Shown here piece after piece: positions 51,075 to 62,500 of a DNA stretch of 64,000 nt. The DNA is from Saprospiraceae bacterium (GTDB taxonomy: Bacteria > Bacteroidota > Bacteroidia > Chitinophagales > Saprospiraceae): assembly GCA_965230575.1 (NCBI GenBank), contig OZ246013.1:5338798-5402797 (forward strand), in the 5' to 3' direction. Positions within the stretch are counted from its first letter, which is position 1; every line of letters begins with the position of its first letter. The notes under the pieces were generated by a model. The model was given only the letters and a program-made list of their open reading frames with translations, ran no database searches and was not told the DNA's origin. The position numbers were made by a program, and so were the translations under genes.

Positions 51075-52466
51075 ATGAACAACACTCAAACTTATATTGA
51101 ATCTAATAAGGAAAAATTTTTATCAGAATTATTAGAATTGTTAAAAATACCCTCTGTGTCTGCCGACCCGGCTTTTGCTTCTGATGTCAAAAAGACTGCA
51201 GATTTTGTAAAAGAAAGTTTGGTGAGTGCAGGCTGTGATTTGGTAGAAGTGCATGAGACAGCTGGTCATCCAATTGTATATGGAGAGAAGCTAAAAGATC
51301 CTTCATTGCCTACCATTTTAGTATACGGTCATTATGATGTCCAACCCGCAGACCCAATTGAATTGTGGGATAGTCCTCCATTTGAGCCTGTGATTAAGAA
51401 GACTGATATCCACCCTCAAGGCGCAATTTTTGCAAGAGGATCTTGCGATGACAAGGGGCAGATGTTTATGCATGTAAAAGCTTTCGAAGCGATGGCTGCA
51501 TCTGACGAATTGCCTTGTAATGTCAAGTTTATGATCGAAGGGGAGGAAGAAGTAGGATCTGTCAATCTAGGACAGTTTTGTAAGGAAAATAAAGAAAAAC
51601 TTGCTTGCGATGTGGTCTTGATATCCGACACGTCTATTATTGCCAATGATGTACCTTCTGTGACGGTTGGCCTTCGTGGCTTGAGCTATGTAGAAGTCGA
51701 AGTGACTGGACCAAATAGAGATTTACACTCTGGTGTATATGGCGGGGCAGTAGGTAATCCTGTTAATATCTTATGTGATATGATCGCATCACTAAAAGAT
51801 GAGAATAATCACATCACCATTCCTGGATTTTATGACAAGGTTGAGGTGGTGAGCCAGGAAGAAAGAGAGGCCATGAATGAAGCTCCTTTTGATATAGATT
51901 CGTATAAAAAGGATCTGGAGATAGAGGCAGTTGATGGCGAAAGTGGTTATACCGTATTAGAGCAAACTTCAATAAGACCTACTCTGGATGTAAATGGTAT
52001 CTGGGGAGGGTATATTGGCGAAGGGGCCAAAACTGTACTTCCGTCACAGGCATTTGCTAAAATATCAATGCGGTTGGTGCCTAATCAATCCCCTGATGAA
52101 ATTACAGAATTGTTTAAATCTCATTTTGAGTCGATCGCTCCTGCAAGTGTAAAGGTGGAAGTGAAACCTCATCATGGAGGAGAAGCTGCGGTGACTCCTA
52201 CGGATACTGAAGAATATAAAGCCGCCTCGATGGCGATGGAGCAGACTTATGGTAAGAAGCCAATCCCGGTTAGAGGGGGAGGAAGTATTCCGATTGTTTC
52301 ATTGTTCGAAAATGTATTGGGTATAAAGACTGTTTTGATGGGATTCGGACTAGACTCCGACTCCATACATTCGCCAAATGAGCATTATGGTTTGTTCAAT
52401 TATTACAAAGGGATAGAAACGATTCCTTATTATTTTAAATACTATACTGAACTAAAGAAGCAATAA
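51075..52466 (+). CDS. M20-family metallopeptidase (dipeptidase-like)
   Basis: M20 metal ligands in the HGHYDVQP and GSCDDKGQ contexts, with a dimerisation domain. 463 aa. Confidence 0.75.
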   Translation: MNNTQTYIESNKEKFLSELLELLKIPSVSADPAFASDVKKTADFVKESLVSAGCDLVEVHETAGHPIVYGEKLKDPSLPTILVYGHYDVQPADPIELWDSPPFEPVIKKTDIHPQGAIFARGSCDDKGQMFMHVKAFEAMAASDELPCNVKFMIEGEEEVGSVNLGQFCKENKEKLACDVVLISDTSIIANDVPSVTVGLRGLSYVEVEVTGPNRDLHSGVYGGAVGNPVNILCDMIASLKDENNHITIPGFYDKVEVVSQEEREAMNEAPFDIDSYKKDLEIEAVDGESGYTVLEQTSIRPTLDVNGIWGGYIGEGAKTVLPSQAFAKISMRLVPNQSPDEITELFKSHFESIAPASVKVEVKPHHGGEAAVTPTDTEEYKAASMAMEQTYGKKPIPVRGGGSIPIVSLFENVLGIKTVLMGFGLDSDSIHSPNEHYGLFNYYKGIETIPYYFKYYTELKKQ

Positions 52467-52536
52467 AATAAGTTGTATGCTTCGTAGGATGTAAATCGAT
52501 CCTCGGTTTTATAATTTTAAGAATAAAATAAAAGAA

Positions 52537-53214
52537 ATGATTATTAGAAATATCAAGATTACTACTATTATTTGTGCCTTGTTTTTTTCGTTGAGTACAA
52601 TGACAAATGCACAGACTATAGAAAATGAAATAGATTCAGTGTCTTATAGTGTAGGAGTACTTTTTGCTAAAAATATCAAGCAACAGGGTATTGAAAACCT
52701 TAATGCTCAGGTTGTAGCCAAGGCAATAGATGATTATATGAAAGGTACGACAAGGGTAATTCCTGAGAATGAGTGCGAGCAGATGTACATGAATTATATG
52801 AAAGGTGTTACGGAAGCTAAAAAAATGAAGGCTAAATCAAGTGGTTTGGTATATCTAGCAGAGAATATGAAGAAGCCTGGTGTAAAGGTTACTGAAACAG
52901 GATTGCAATATGAAGTATTAAAAAGCGGTACTGGTCCCAAGCCAACGGCTACAGATAAAGTAAAGACACATTATCACGGAATGCTTACAGACGGTACTGT
53001 CTTTGATAGTTCGGTAGACAGAGGTGAACCGATATCTTTCAATGTCGGAGGTGTCATTAAAGGTTGGACCGAAGCTTTACAAATGATGAGCGTTGGTGAC
53101 AAGTGGAGATTGGTTATCCCTTCAGAATTGGCATATGGAGCAAGGGGTGCGGGAGCAAAGATTCCTCCACATTCGACCCTTGTTTTTGAAGTAGAGCTCT
53201 TGGGTATAGAATAA
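52537..53214 (+). CDS. FKBP-type peptidyl-prolyl cis-trans isomerase (FkpA-like)
   Basis: Signal peptide. C-terminal FKBP domain: YHGMLTDGTVFDSS...GGVIKGWTEALQMMSVGDKWRLVIPSELAYG. Confidence 0.85.
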   Translation: MIIRNIKITTIICALFFSLSTMTNAQTIENEIDSVSYSVGVLFAKNIKQQGIENLNAQVVAKAIDDYMKGTTRVIPENECEQMYMNYMKGVTEAKKMKAKSSGLVYLAENMKKPGVKVTETGLQYEVLKSGTGPKPTATDKVKTHYHGMLTDGTVFDSSVDRGEPISFNVGGVIKGWTEALQMMSVGDKWRLVIPSELAYGARGAGAKIPPHSTLVFEVELLGIE

Positions 53215-53215
53215 G

Positions 53216-53890
53216 ATGCGCATAGATGTAATATCTGTTATTCCTGAATTGCTTGAGGGGCCATTTAGTCACAGCATCCTTAAAAGAGCGGCTGACAAAG
53301 GTCTATTTGAAGTAGTAGTTCATGATCTCAAAAAGTATGGATTGGGTAAAAATCATCAAATCGATGACTATCAGTATGGTGGTGGTGCAGGCATGGTCAT
53401 GATGATTGAACCAATTGAAAAATGTCTAAATCTTCTTAAAAAAGATAGAGATTACGATGAGGTTATTTATCTTACACCTGATGGTGAGACGTACAACCAA
53501 GGAATTGCCAATGAATTGTCATTGAAAAATAATCTTGTACTATTGTGCGGTCATTATAAAGGTGTGGACGAACGAGTGCGAGAGCATTTTGTTACAAGAG
53601 AAATATCAATAGGAGATTTTGTATTGTCAGGAGGAGAATTGGCAGCTGCATTGGTGGTGGATTCTATAGGAAGGCTATTGCCAGGTGTGTTAGGAGACGA
53701 AAGTTCTGCTTTGTTTGATTCTTTTCAAGATGACATGCTAGCTCCACCGATATACACAAGGCCATCGGAGTACAATGGATGGAAGGTGCCAGATGTACTC
53801 TTGTCAGGAAACGATAAGTTGATTGATGATTGGCGAAGCGATAAAGCATATCAGAGGACCAAGGAGCGAAGACCAGATTTGTTGGATTGA
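53216..53890 (+). CDS. trmD: tRNA (guanine37-N1)-methyltransferase
   Basis: MRIDVISVIPELLEGPFSHSILKRA is the canonical TrmD start. SPOUT knot with GGGAGMV. Confidence 0.9.
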   Translation: MRIDVISVIPELLEGPFSHSILKRAADKGLFEVVVHDLKKYGLGKNHQIDDYQYGGGAGMVMMIEPIEKCLNLLKKDRDYDEVIYLTPDGETYNQGIANELSLKNNLVLLCGHYKGVDERVREHFVTREISIGDFVLSGGELAAALVVDSIGRLLPGVLGDESSALFDSFQDDMLAPPIYTRPSEYNGWKVPDVLLSGNDKLIDDWRSDKAYQRTKERRPDLLD

Positions 53891-53980
53891 TATTGCGATG
53901 ATCGATTGATGGTTTGTGTATACCATGATACATAGATTTGGAAAAAATATTTAAACTTTACATCATAATTGAGGTAGTAA

Positions 53981-54988
53981 ATGATTCGAACAGACATATT
54001 AATAGTTGGTGCGGGCCCTGTGGGTTTGTTTACAGTTTTTGAGGCTGGATTGCTGAAGCTCAAATGTCACTTGGTAGATGCCTTACCTCAGACGGGCGGG
54101 CAGCTTTCCGAAATATATCCAAAGAAACCTATTTATGATATACCTGGATTTCCTTCTATTCTGGCTGGAGAATTGGTCGATAACCTGATGGAACAAATTG
54201 CACCTTTCAAGCCTGGGTTTACACTTGGAGAGAGAGCAGAATCTATTGAGAAAATTGAAGATAAATTATACGAACTTACAACGAATAGAGGGACAAAAAT
54301 CCAAGCTCCAGTCATTGCAATTGCTGGCGGACTAGGTTGTTTTGAGCCGAGAAAACCTCCAATCTCCAATATTGCAGATTTTGAAGACAAGGGAGTTGAA
54401 TATATAATTAAAGATCCAGAAATATATCGTGGTAAGAATATTATCATTGCCGGCGGAGGAGATTCTGCATTGGATTGGACAATATTATTGGCAGATGTGG
54501 CAGATCAGGTCACCCTTGTACATAGACGAACCTCATTTCGTGGGGCATTGGACTCGGTGGATAAAGTCATGGAATTGGCGCAGCAAGGAAAGATCAATTT
54601 GATTACAGAAGCACAGATTGTAGGCTTACAAGGAGAGGGTAAGTTGAATAGTGTTACAGTTAAGGATAAGGCCAAAGGTGACTATGAATTGGAAGTAGAT
54701 CATTTTATCCCTTTGTTCGGATTGTCACCCAAGCTGGGACCGATCGGAGAGTGGGGATTGAATATAAATAAGAATGCGATTGAGGTGGATACCGAGGATT
54801 ATAGTACCAATGTCGAGGGCATTTATGCCATTGGCGATATCAATACGTACAAGGGAAAATTAAAACTTATTCTTTGTGGATTCCATGAGGGAACATTAAT
54901 GGTACAATCTGCATTCAAGTATATATATCCAGACCAAAAATTGAGTTTTAAGTATACTACGGTAGCTGGAGTCAATGGATTTGAATAA
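53981..54988 (+). CDS. Ferredoxin--NADP+ reductase, thioredoxin-reductase-like (YumC type)
   Basis: FAD motif ILIVGAGPVG and an NAD(P) GGGDSALD motif. 335 aa with no redox CxxC. Confidence 0.8.
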   Translation: MIRTDILIVGAGPVGLFTVFEAGLLKLKCHLVDALPQTGGQLSEIYPKKPIYDIPGFPSILAGELVDNLMEQIAPFKPGFTLGERAESIEKIEDKLYELTTNRGTKIQAPVIAIAGGLGCFEPRKPPISNIADFEDKGVEYIIKDPEIYRGKNIIIAGGGDSALDWTILLADVADQVTLVHRRTSFRGALDSVDKVMELAQQGKINLITEAQIVGLQGEGKLNSVTVKDKAKGDYELEVDHFIPLFGLSPKLGPIGEWGLNINKNAIEVDTEDYSTNVEGIYAIGDINTYKGKLKLILCGFHEGTLMVQSAFKYIYPDQKLSFKYTTVAGVNGFE

Positions 54989-55013
54989 TTCTGGAAATTA
55001 TTAGAGTTAAAAA

Positions 55014-55343
55014 TTGAATTTGGAAGATATTATTAAAATTACGGTTATAGACAGAGAAGATGTTTCTCACGAATTAGAAGCACCTACCGATATGGCCATG
55101 AACTTGATGGAAGTGTGTCGATCATACGAGCTTCCTGTAGAGGGTATTTGTGGAGGAATGGCCCTTTGTGCGTCTTGCCATTGCTACGTAATGAGTGATC
55201 ACGAACTAAACGAACCTTCGGATGACGAAGAGAATATGCTCGACCAGGCATTTTTTGTAGAAGACAATTCCAGGTTGGGGTGTCAAATTCAAATGAAAGA
55301 TGAATTGGAAGGCTTGGTCATCAAATTAGCCCCTGTAGACTAA
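55014..55343 (+). CDS. 2Fe-2S ferredoxin (adrenodoxin type)
   Basis: Cys cluster CGGMALCASCHC ... C. 109 aa. TTG start. Confidence 0.75.
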   Translation: MNLEDIIKITVIDREDVSHELEAPTDMAMNLMEVCRSYELPVEGICGGMALCASCHCYVMSDHELNEPSDDEENMLDQAFFVEDNSRLGCQIQMKDELEGLVIKLAPVD

Positions 55344-55512
55344 ATTATCCTAGGATTGAATTTTCTTTATTGACCTTTATTATCATTGTAAAAAAAATGC
55401 AATGGGACACTAGGTTTTGCCTGCATTATTAAGGGGATATCAATTTTAATGCATGGTTTCTCATCTTGAAAATTATTATTCTTTAATACCTTAGCATTAA
55501 AGATGACTAATC

Positions 55513-56244
55513 ATGGAGGATAAATATAAAACCACATATAAACCATTGGAGCTACATGATCTGGAGCAACAACACTATTCCGTAATCCGATGCCCTAAAT
55601 GCAATGAGGCGACCTCATCTTCAGAAATCAATATCAACGATAAGATTGCTAAGTGTAATCATTGCGATGTCGTTTTTTCATGGGAGCAAGAAATGGTATC
55701 GCTTAGAAAGGATAATGCATCTGAAGAGATCAAACGACCTGAAGGTATAGATTTACTTGTTTTCGAAGATGAATTGGAATTGGGATTGACTCAACCATAT
55801 GGACCCATATACTCCGCTGTATTAACACTTACACCATTACTTATATTTATTTTTTTGGCCCTTTTTTTTAAGAAAGATATGGCTTGGGCACTCTATCCTG
55901 GAGTTGGGGTTTTGACCATGTTTGTCTATGCTTTGTACAAGCTGATTCGGTTAAAACATAATAAGGTTTACATAACTGTTAATTCAGAAGACCTGGCGGT
56001 GCAATGGAGACCTCAAAATTTTAACCAGGATAAAGTTTATAAGGTAAGTAATATCGAACAAGTATATGTGAAGACTGATTCAATGGGGCTATCACTCTAT
56101 ATGATTGTCAATGGGATAGATGGTCAAAAGCATCAACGTTTATTAAGTGGTTTTACCAATATCATAAAGGCCAAATATATAGAACAAGAAATTGAAAGAT
56201 TCCTGAATATTAAAAACAAAAAGGTTTCTGGAGAATTGGCCTAA
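55513..56244 (+). CDS. Hypothetical protein with an N-terminal zinc-ribbon (CPKC...CNHC) and two TM helices
   Basis: Two CxxC pairs in the first 50 aa, then a hydrophobic hairpin. Confidence 0.4.
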   Translation: MEDKYKTTYKPLELHDLEQQHYSVIRCPKCNEATSSSEININDKIAKCNHCDVVFSWEQEMVSLRKDNASEEIKRPEGIDLLVFEDELELGLTQPYGPIYSAVLTLTPLLIFIFLALFFKKDMAWALYPGVGVLTMFVYALYKLIRLKHNKVYITVNSEDLAVQWRPQNFNQDKVYKVSNIEQVYVKTDSMGLSLYMIVNGIDGQKHQRLLSGFTNIIKAKYIEQEIERFLNIKNKKVSGELA

Positions 56245-56251
56245 TTTTTTT

Positions 56252-56300
56252 CCATGTCTATGTTTACTAAACTTCTAAAGTTTAGTAAACATAGACATGG
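56252..56300. repeat. Most perfect member of the dispersed palindrome family: 23-bp exact arms (ccatgtctatgtttactaaactt / aagtttagtaaacatagacatgg) around a 3-nt centre.
   Basis: Located in the 66-bp gap between the convergent zinc-ribbon gene and the M32 peptidase gene. Confidence 0.85.
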
Positions 56301-56310
56301 AAGATTAACC

Positions 56311-57807
56311 TTATTTCTTTGAATAAATGTTCAGGAATTTGTTACTCGCATAATTTAGGAAATGATCCACATTTAAGGATTCACCAGTAATCATATTGCA
56401 CAATTCATCGGCTTCATACCTTCGACCATGCTGATGAATGTTCTCTCTCAACCAGGTCAATAAAGCACCAGTTTTTCCTTTAGACAACTTCTTTCCCAGT
56501 TTTGGAATGTCTTTTTCAGCTTGAGCGAAGAATTGAGCCGCATAAAAACTTCCAAGAGAATAAGTCGGGAAGTATCCAAAGCTGCCATGCCCCCAATGTA
56601 CATCCTGTAAGACTCCAGTATTCGCATCTTTAGGCGATATACCCATATATTCCCTATACTTCTCATTCCAAATCGTATCCAGGTCTTCAGTATCAATACT
56701 ACCTTCGATGAGCCCTTTCTCAATCTCATATCTGATCAACACATGAAAATGATAATGCAATTCATCCGCTTCAGTTCTTATCAAGTTTGGCGCTATCTTA
56801 TTGATGCCCGCATAAAATTGATCGAGATTTGTTTTCTTTAGGTTTTTCGGGAAGTCTGCTTTTAGACTAGGCAACCAATATGTCCAATATTCCTTGCTAC
56901 GACCCACATGATTTTCCCAAAGCCTGGATTGTGATTCATGAATGGACAATGAGATGTACGAGCCAGAAGGAAGGCCATAATCTTCAGCAGACAGTCCTTG
57001 CTCATATAATGCATGCCCACCTTCATGGATGGTGCTCCATAGCATGTAGGCAAAATCATTTTCATCCACGCGGGTTGTCACTCTTACATCTGTTGGTGAA
57101 AAAGAAGTCGTAAATGGATGTGCACTCAGGTCTTGTCTTCCACAATTAAAATCATAACCCATGTTCTCAAGAATGTCCAATCCAAATTCCCATTGCAGAT
57201 CCCACTCATATTTTTTTCTCAAAAATCCATTTTTCACCTGCTTGGACTTTCTAATCTTTTTGATAAGCTTTTTAAGATCTTTTTTGATTCCTGCAAATAT
57301 GGGATCAAGCTGTGCTACAGTCAGTCCTGGCTCATAGATATCCAATAAAGCATCATAGGGATGGTCGCCAGCTTTGAGCTTTTTGGACTCTTCTTTTTTG
57401 AGCTTTACCAAATCACTCAAGGCATCCTTGAATACTGAATAATCATTGGCTTCTCGGGCTTTCAACCAGGAATGATAGGCATTCGATTCTATTTTTGATT
57501 TGCGAATAATAAAGGCTTCACTAAACTTTGTTGCTTTTTGATAAGCATCCATTGTCACCGATACATTCTTAGCTTCTTTTGCACTCAAACTTCTCATTCG
57601 TGATAGTCGCTCGAGCAAAAGACCAAAGTCCTCATCTACGAATTCATTGTGACTAATTCCAGCCAATGTAGCTACTTGTTGTGACCGATGTGCAGCACTA
57701 TCTTTTGGAAGATTTACTTCCTTGTCCCATGAAAGCACAGCAATTGCATGATTGACATCTGCTACTTTTCGCATTTTACTTACGTACTTATCGTATACTC
57801 TAGCCAT
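56311..57807 (-). CDS. M32 carboxypeptidase (Taq-type)
   Basis: HEGGHALYEQG HExxH site with full-length M32 architecture. 498 aa. Confidence 0.85.
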   Translation of the reverse strand: MARVYDKYVSKMRKVADVNHAIAVLSWDKEVNLPKDSAAHRSQQVATLAGISHNEFVDEDFGLLLERLSRMRSLSAKEAKNVSVTMDAYQKATKFSEAFIIRKSKIESNAYHSWLKAREANDYSVFKDALSDLVKLKKEESKKLKAGDHPYDALLDIYEPGLTVAQLDPIFAGIKKDLKKLIKKIRKSKQVKNGFLRKKYEWDLQWEFGLDILENMGYDFNCGRQDLSAHPFTTSFSPTDVRVTTRVDENDFAYMLWSTIHEGGHALYEQGLSAEDYGLPSGSYISLSIHESQSRLWENHVGRSKEYWTYWLPSLKADFPKNLKKTNLDQFYAGINKIAPNLIRTEADELHYHFHVLIRYEIEKGLIEGSIDTEDLDTIWNEKYREYMGISPKDANTGVLQDVHWGHGSFGYFPTYSLGSFYAAQFFAQAEKDIPKLGKKLSKGKTGALLTWLRENIHQHGRRYEADELCNMITGESLNVDHFLNYASNKFLNIYSKK

Positions 57808-57860
57808 TTTCTTTTTGTTTTTTTTTATAAGTGAATCAGTTGTTGAGTTCGTTAGTTTTT

Positions 57861-59117
57861 TTAGAAGGTGAGTTTTCTTGTGTTCTCCTTGCCTTCTCTT
57901 ATTATGGTAATATCTACGGTCTGCCCTTTTTCAAATGCACCCAGAGCCTTCATATAACTCATCATGTCTACAATTTCCAAGTCTCCCAATTTTACTACGA
58001 TGTCTCCTTTTTTGAGATTCGCATTGGAGGCAGGTCTATTGTCTTTTACACCATCAATCCTCATGCCCTTGCCATCGAATAGGTAATCTGGAATGACACC
58101 GAGGGTGACTTTGAAATCCGGAACCTCTTGACTCTCGTCTTTGGTTTTAGTGAATTGAAGTTTTCCTCGGTTCTCCGTATAGTCGATTACGGCAAGGATG
58201 TAGTCAGTAATTTCGATGATCCCTTTATAATTGATCAAATGTGCATCGTCAGTCGGTCTGTGATAATCGGCATGCTGACCAGTGAAAAATTGCAAAACAG
58301 GAAGATTCTCCAGATAAAATGAAGTGTGATCCGAAGGACCAACACCAGATGCCTCTTCCTTTTTTCTGAATTGACTGCCTTCTTCTATGGCTAGCGCTTT
58401 TTTCCAGAGTGGGGTAGTACCCGTACCATAGATAGCCAATTGCTTTTCTTCATTGAGTCGACCAATCATGTCCATATTGATCATATAATTGATCGTATTA
58501 ATGTCAATTGTTGGATTTTTGGTGAAATAATTACTTCCCCAAAGTCCTTTTTCTTCACCACTGAAAGCTATGAATAGATAATTGAGTGACTTGTCGGTGT
58601 CTTTCATCAATTCTTCTGCAATCCTAAGCATTCCTGCCACACCACTGGCATTGTCATCGGCTCCATTGTGAATTTCAGGATCTCCTACATGCAATGATCC
58701 TTCAGCGCCATAGCCAAGGTGGTCGTAATGTGCTCCTATCACCGCGGTATATGCCGCTCCATTGTCAATCGTCCCAACCACATTGAGTCCAGTGATCACC
58801 TTATCATCTGGAGAAGGGGCATCCGCATGTGGATTGCTTTTTATTCTTCGATCAAAAGATTGGTAATAACCGTCAAATACACCTCTTGGTGTCAATCCTA
58901 TCTCTTCCATTCGCTTTGCTATATACCCAGCAGCTTTTTTCTCTCCAGGTGTTCCCGTCTCTCTTCCTTCCATGTCATCCGCAGAAAGGGTAACAACATC
59001 CATCTTTACTTTTTCGAAAGCGTAGGTGGATTGGGAAATATTTTTTTGAGTCTTACAACTGTAGAGGGTTAGAAAAGCTATACTCAGAAAAAAAGCAAAA
59101 GCTTTGATATGTTTCAT
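57861..59117 (-). CDS. M28-family aminopeptidase with a C-terminal PDZ domain
   Basis: Signal peptide/lipobox. M28 motifs HYDHLGYG and HNGADDNASG. The C-terminal PDZ has GMRIDGVKDNRPASNANLKKGDIVVKLGD. Confidence 0.8.
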   Translation of the reverse strand: MKHIKAFAFFLSIAFLTLYSCKTQKNISQSTYAFEKVKMDVVTLSADDMEGRETGTPGEKKAAGYIAKRMEEIGLTPRGVFDGYYQSFDRRIKSNPHADAPSPDDKVITGLNVVGTIDNGAAYTAVIGAHYDHLGYGAEGSLHVGDPEIHNGADDNASGVAGMLRIAEELMKDTDKSLNYLFIAFSGEEKGLWGSNYFTKNPTIDINTINYMINMDMIGRLNEEKQLAIYGTGTTPLWKKALAIEEGSQFRKKEEASGVGPSDHTSFYLENLPVLQFFTGQHADYHRPTDDAHLINYKGIIEITDYILAVIDYTENRGKLQFTKTKDESQEVPDFKVTLGVIPDYLFDGKGMRIDGVKDNRPASNANLKKGDIVVKLGDLEIVDMMSYMKALGAFEKGQTVDITIIREGKENTRKLTF

Positions 59118-59459
59118 ATGTTGATATTTGTAGCAAATATAGCTTGAATATATCTGAATAGGAAGTTGAAATAATCACGAAAAAGTAAGATGTAAAGAAT
59201 ATTATTCGTCAATTTATTCAATGTTAACAATCCATTGGGTAAATTACTAAAGTTATTATTTCATATTTGGACTAGTTTAAAAACAATTCCTCTTAAATTT
59301 TGGCTGAAATAGTAATATTAAGTCAAAATATCTTGATATGAGCTCATTTTATAAATTTTACTTATAAATTAACCCTTGGTTATCAGAATAATTACACATT
59401 ATTCAGTATAATTATATGACTTAGGTTGATTTATATAGTATGTATGTAAATTAAAGACG

Positions 59460-59467
59460 TATATTTG
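59460..59467 (+). promoter_or_regulatory. Candidate sigma-A -7 box TAtaTTTG about 35 bp upstream of secDF
   Basis: Matches the Bacteroidota TAnnTTTG consensus. No clean -33 TTG at canonical spacing. Confidence 0.3.
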
Positions 59468-59502
59468 CGTCGTTTTTCCAAGAAAATAAATAAAAATATA
59501 AC

Positions 59503-62500
59503 ATGCAAGGCAAAGGATTATTGAAGTTTTTCTTGATACTCATAGCTATTGTGAGTGCAGTTCAGTTGCTTTATTTCATACCAACTAACAAGGTAGAGAA
59601 TGCAGCGATAGAGTATGCGCAAGAAAGAGCTAGTAATGTAGACGAAGGAATTAAATCTAGTACTGAAAAGTTTGCAAAAGCCTATTACTTAGATTCTATC
59701 TCAGATGAGACTGTATTGTCGATACCAGGATTGACAGATTATACGTATTCAGACTTGAAGAAAAGACAACTTGGGTTTGGATTGGATTTGAAAGGTGGTA
59801 TGAGTGCGGTGCTACAGGTAGATCTTAGAGAGGTACTTGAAGCACTGGCTGGAAGTAAAAAGAATGATAAAGATTTTGTAGCTGCTTTGAATAAGGCTTC
59901 TGAAGACTTAAAAAGTAGTTCATCTGATTATATCACTCTATTTGCAAATGCCTTTAGATCTCTTTCTCCAGATAAAAGAATGGGGAAAATTTTCCAAAGA
60001 AGCAAAAGATTGGATATCAACAATGATACTTCAGATGGAGATGTAATCAAGCTATTGAGAACAGAAGCTGATGAAACAGTGGATCGTACTTTCAAAATGC
60101 TTAAAGAAAGAATAGACAGATCTGGAGTAGTACAGCCTAATATATCATTGGACGCAACAAGGGACCTTATCCTTGTCGAAATGCCAGGTGTAGAGAATAC
60201 CAAAAGAATGGAAGACCTTATCCAGGCTTCTGCACAACTTGAATTTTGGGATACTTATAGAATAGGTGACCCTGGTGTAGCACAAATGTTTACTGAAGCT
60301 GACAAGAGAATTGCTGCTTCAAGAGGAGAAGAGGTTACGGTTCAAATGGATACTACCTATAGATATGAATATGATGAAGATGGTAATGTGAGTGACTCTA
60401 CAGAGGTTGTACAGCCAAGTAATAATGTCTTTGGATCACAAGGTCCTTTATTGAGCAAGTTGAGATTGAATGGTACAGGCGGAAAGGCATTGTATCAAAC
60501 AGTAATGGGACTTGTGAATAAGAATGACGTCGCGAGAGTAAAAGCAATGTTGCAATCTGATGAAGTAAAAACTTACTTCCCAAAGAATTCAAGATTTGCA
60601 TTCTCTTATAAGCCTTACAAGGATGTTGAAAGCGGTGAATTGACAGATGATTACGAACTTTACCTTATTAAGACGACAACATCTGGAAAGGCTCCGATAG
60701 AAGGTGATGTAGTCATTGAAGCTTCACAACAAATAGATCCTACTACTGGACAACCGGAAGTTTCGCTTACGATGAATTCTGAAGGTGCAAAGAAGTGGGC
60801 AAGAATGACCGATATCGCTTATAAGAATAATGGTAGAGAGATCGCCATTACACTTGATAGCCAGGTAGTATCAGCGCCAGGAGTTAACAATGGAGCCATT
60901 ACTGGAGGAAGGTCATCTATCTCAGGTAGTTTTACAATCCAGGAAGCAGTTGACTTTGCAAACATTCTTGAGGTAGGAAAATTGCCAGCAAAAACTAAAA
61001 TAATTCAAAAATCTATAGTTGGTCCTTCATTAGGAGCAAAGAATATCAAGAGTAGTGTTACTTCATTGATAGTTGGATTTGCATTACTTCTTCTTTTCAT
61101 GTTGTTTTATTATGGAAAGGGTGGTGTTGTTTCGATTATTGCCTTGTTGGCGAATATGTTCTTCATTTTTGGAACATTGTCTTCATTGGGTACGGTATTG
61201 ACACTTCCAGGAATTGCAGGTATTGTATTGACTATTGGTATGGCCGTTGATGCCAACGTAATCATCTTTGAAAGGATTCGAGAGGAATTGCGGGCTGGTT
61301 TGCCTACACTCGCTGCCATCACTAAAGGTTTCAAAGCTTCTTACTCTGCCATTATTGATGCCAACGTTACTACTTTGTTGGTTGCATCAGTACTTGCATA
61401 CTACGGACTTGGACCAATCAAGGGATTTGCGATTGTATTGATTATTGGTGTGCTTTCATCATTATTGACAGCGGTATTATTCGGAAAGTTGATGATCGAT
61501 GGATATACCAGTACAGGTAGAGAAATGAGTTTCTGGTCAGGATGGTCAAAGAATATGTTTGCCAATCTTCAGATCAATTGGATGTCAAAAAGAAGAATGG
61601 CATACATCTTTTCTACAGTATTGATCGTAGCAGGACTTGCATCAATATTTACAAGAGGATTCAATTTGGGTGTGGATTTCAAAGGTGGATACTCTTATGA
61701 TGTTCAATTCGAAAGCAAAGTTGATCAGGATGATATTAAGTCTAAATTAGCTGTTGCGGATATATTCGGTAAGGCGCCGATTGTAAAGACTGTAGATAGT
61801 GACAATACTTACCAAATTACTACAGATTACTTGATCGATGATAATACTGATGGCAATGATAGATTGGTTATGGCCAAGCTTTATGAAGGGTTGAAAGGAA
61901 TTGACGGATCTACATCTACTGCCGAACAGTTTGAAGATTCGAGTTTTGAAGGCGGAATGCATGTAGTAAGTAGTAGTAAGGTAGGACCTACTATTGCAGA
62001 TGATATTAGAAGTAGTTCATTTTACGCAGGTATCTTTGCCTTGATTTTGATCTTCCTTTACATCTTTATCAGGTTTAATAAGTGGCAGTATTCATTAGGT
62101 GCGGTAGCAGCCTTGTTCCACGATTCATTGATCGTACTCGGTTTGTTCTCGCTTCTAAAAGACTTTATGCCATTCTCTTTGGAGATTGATCAGGCATTCA
62201 TAGCGGCGATATTGACCGTGATTGGATACTCGATAAATGATACGGTGGTCGTGTTTGATAGAATCAGAGAATATCTCGGTATCTATACAAATAAAGAGAA
62301 AGACGAAATTTTGAATTCAGCTTTGAATAGTACATTCTCAAGAACAATAATCACATCGATTACTACTTTGATTGTGGTAGCAATATTATTGATATTCGGA
62401 GGTGGTACAATCAAAGGATTTGCATTCGCATTGTTGATCGGTATCTTGGTGGGTACCTATTCATCTATCTTCGTTGCTACACCTATCGTTAGAGATTTAT

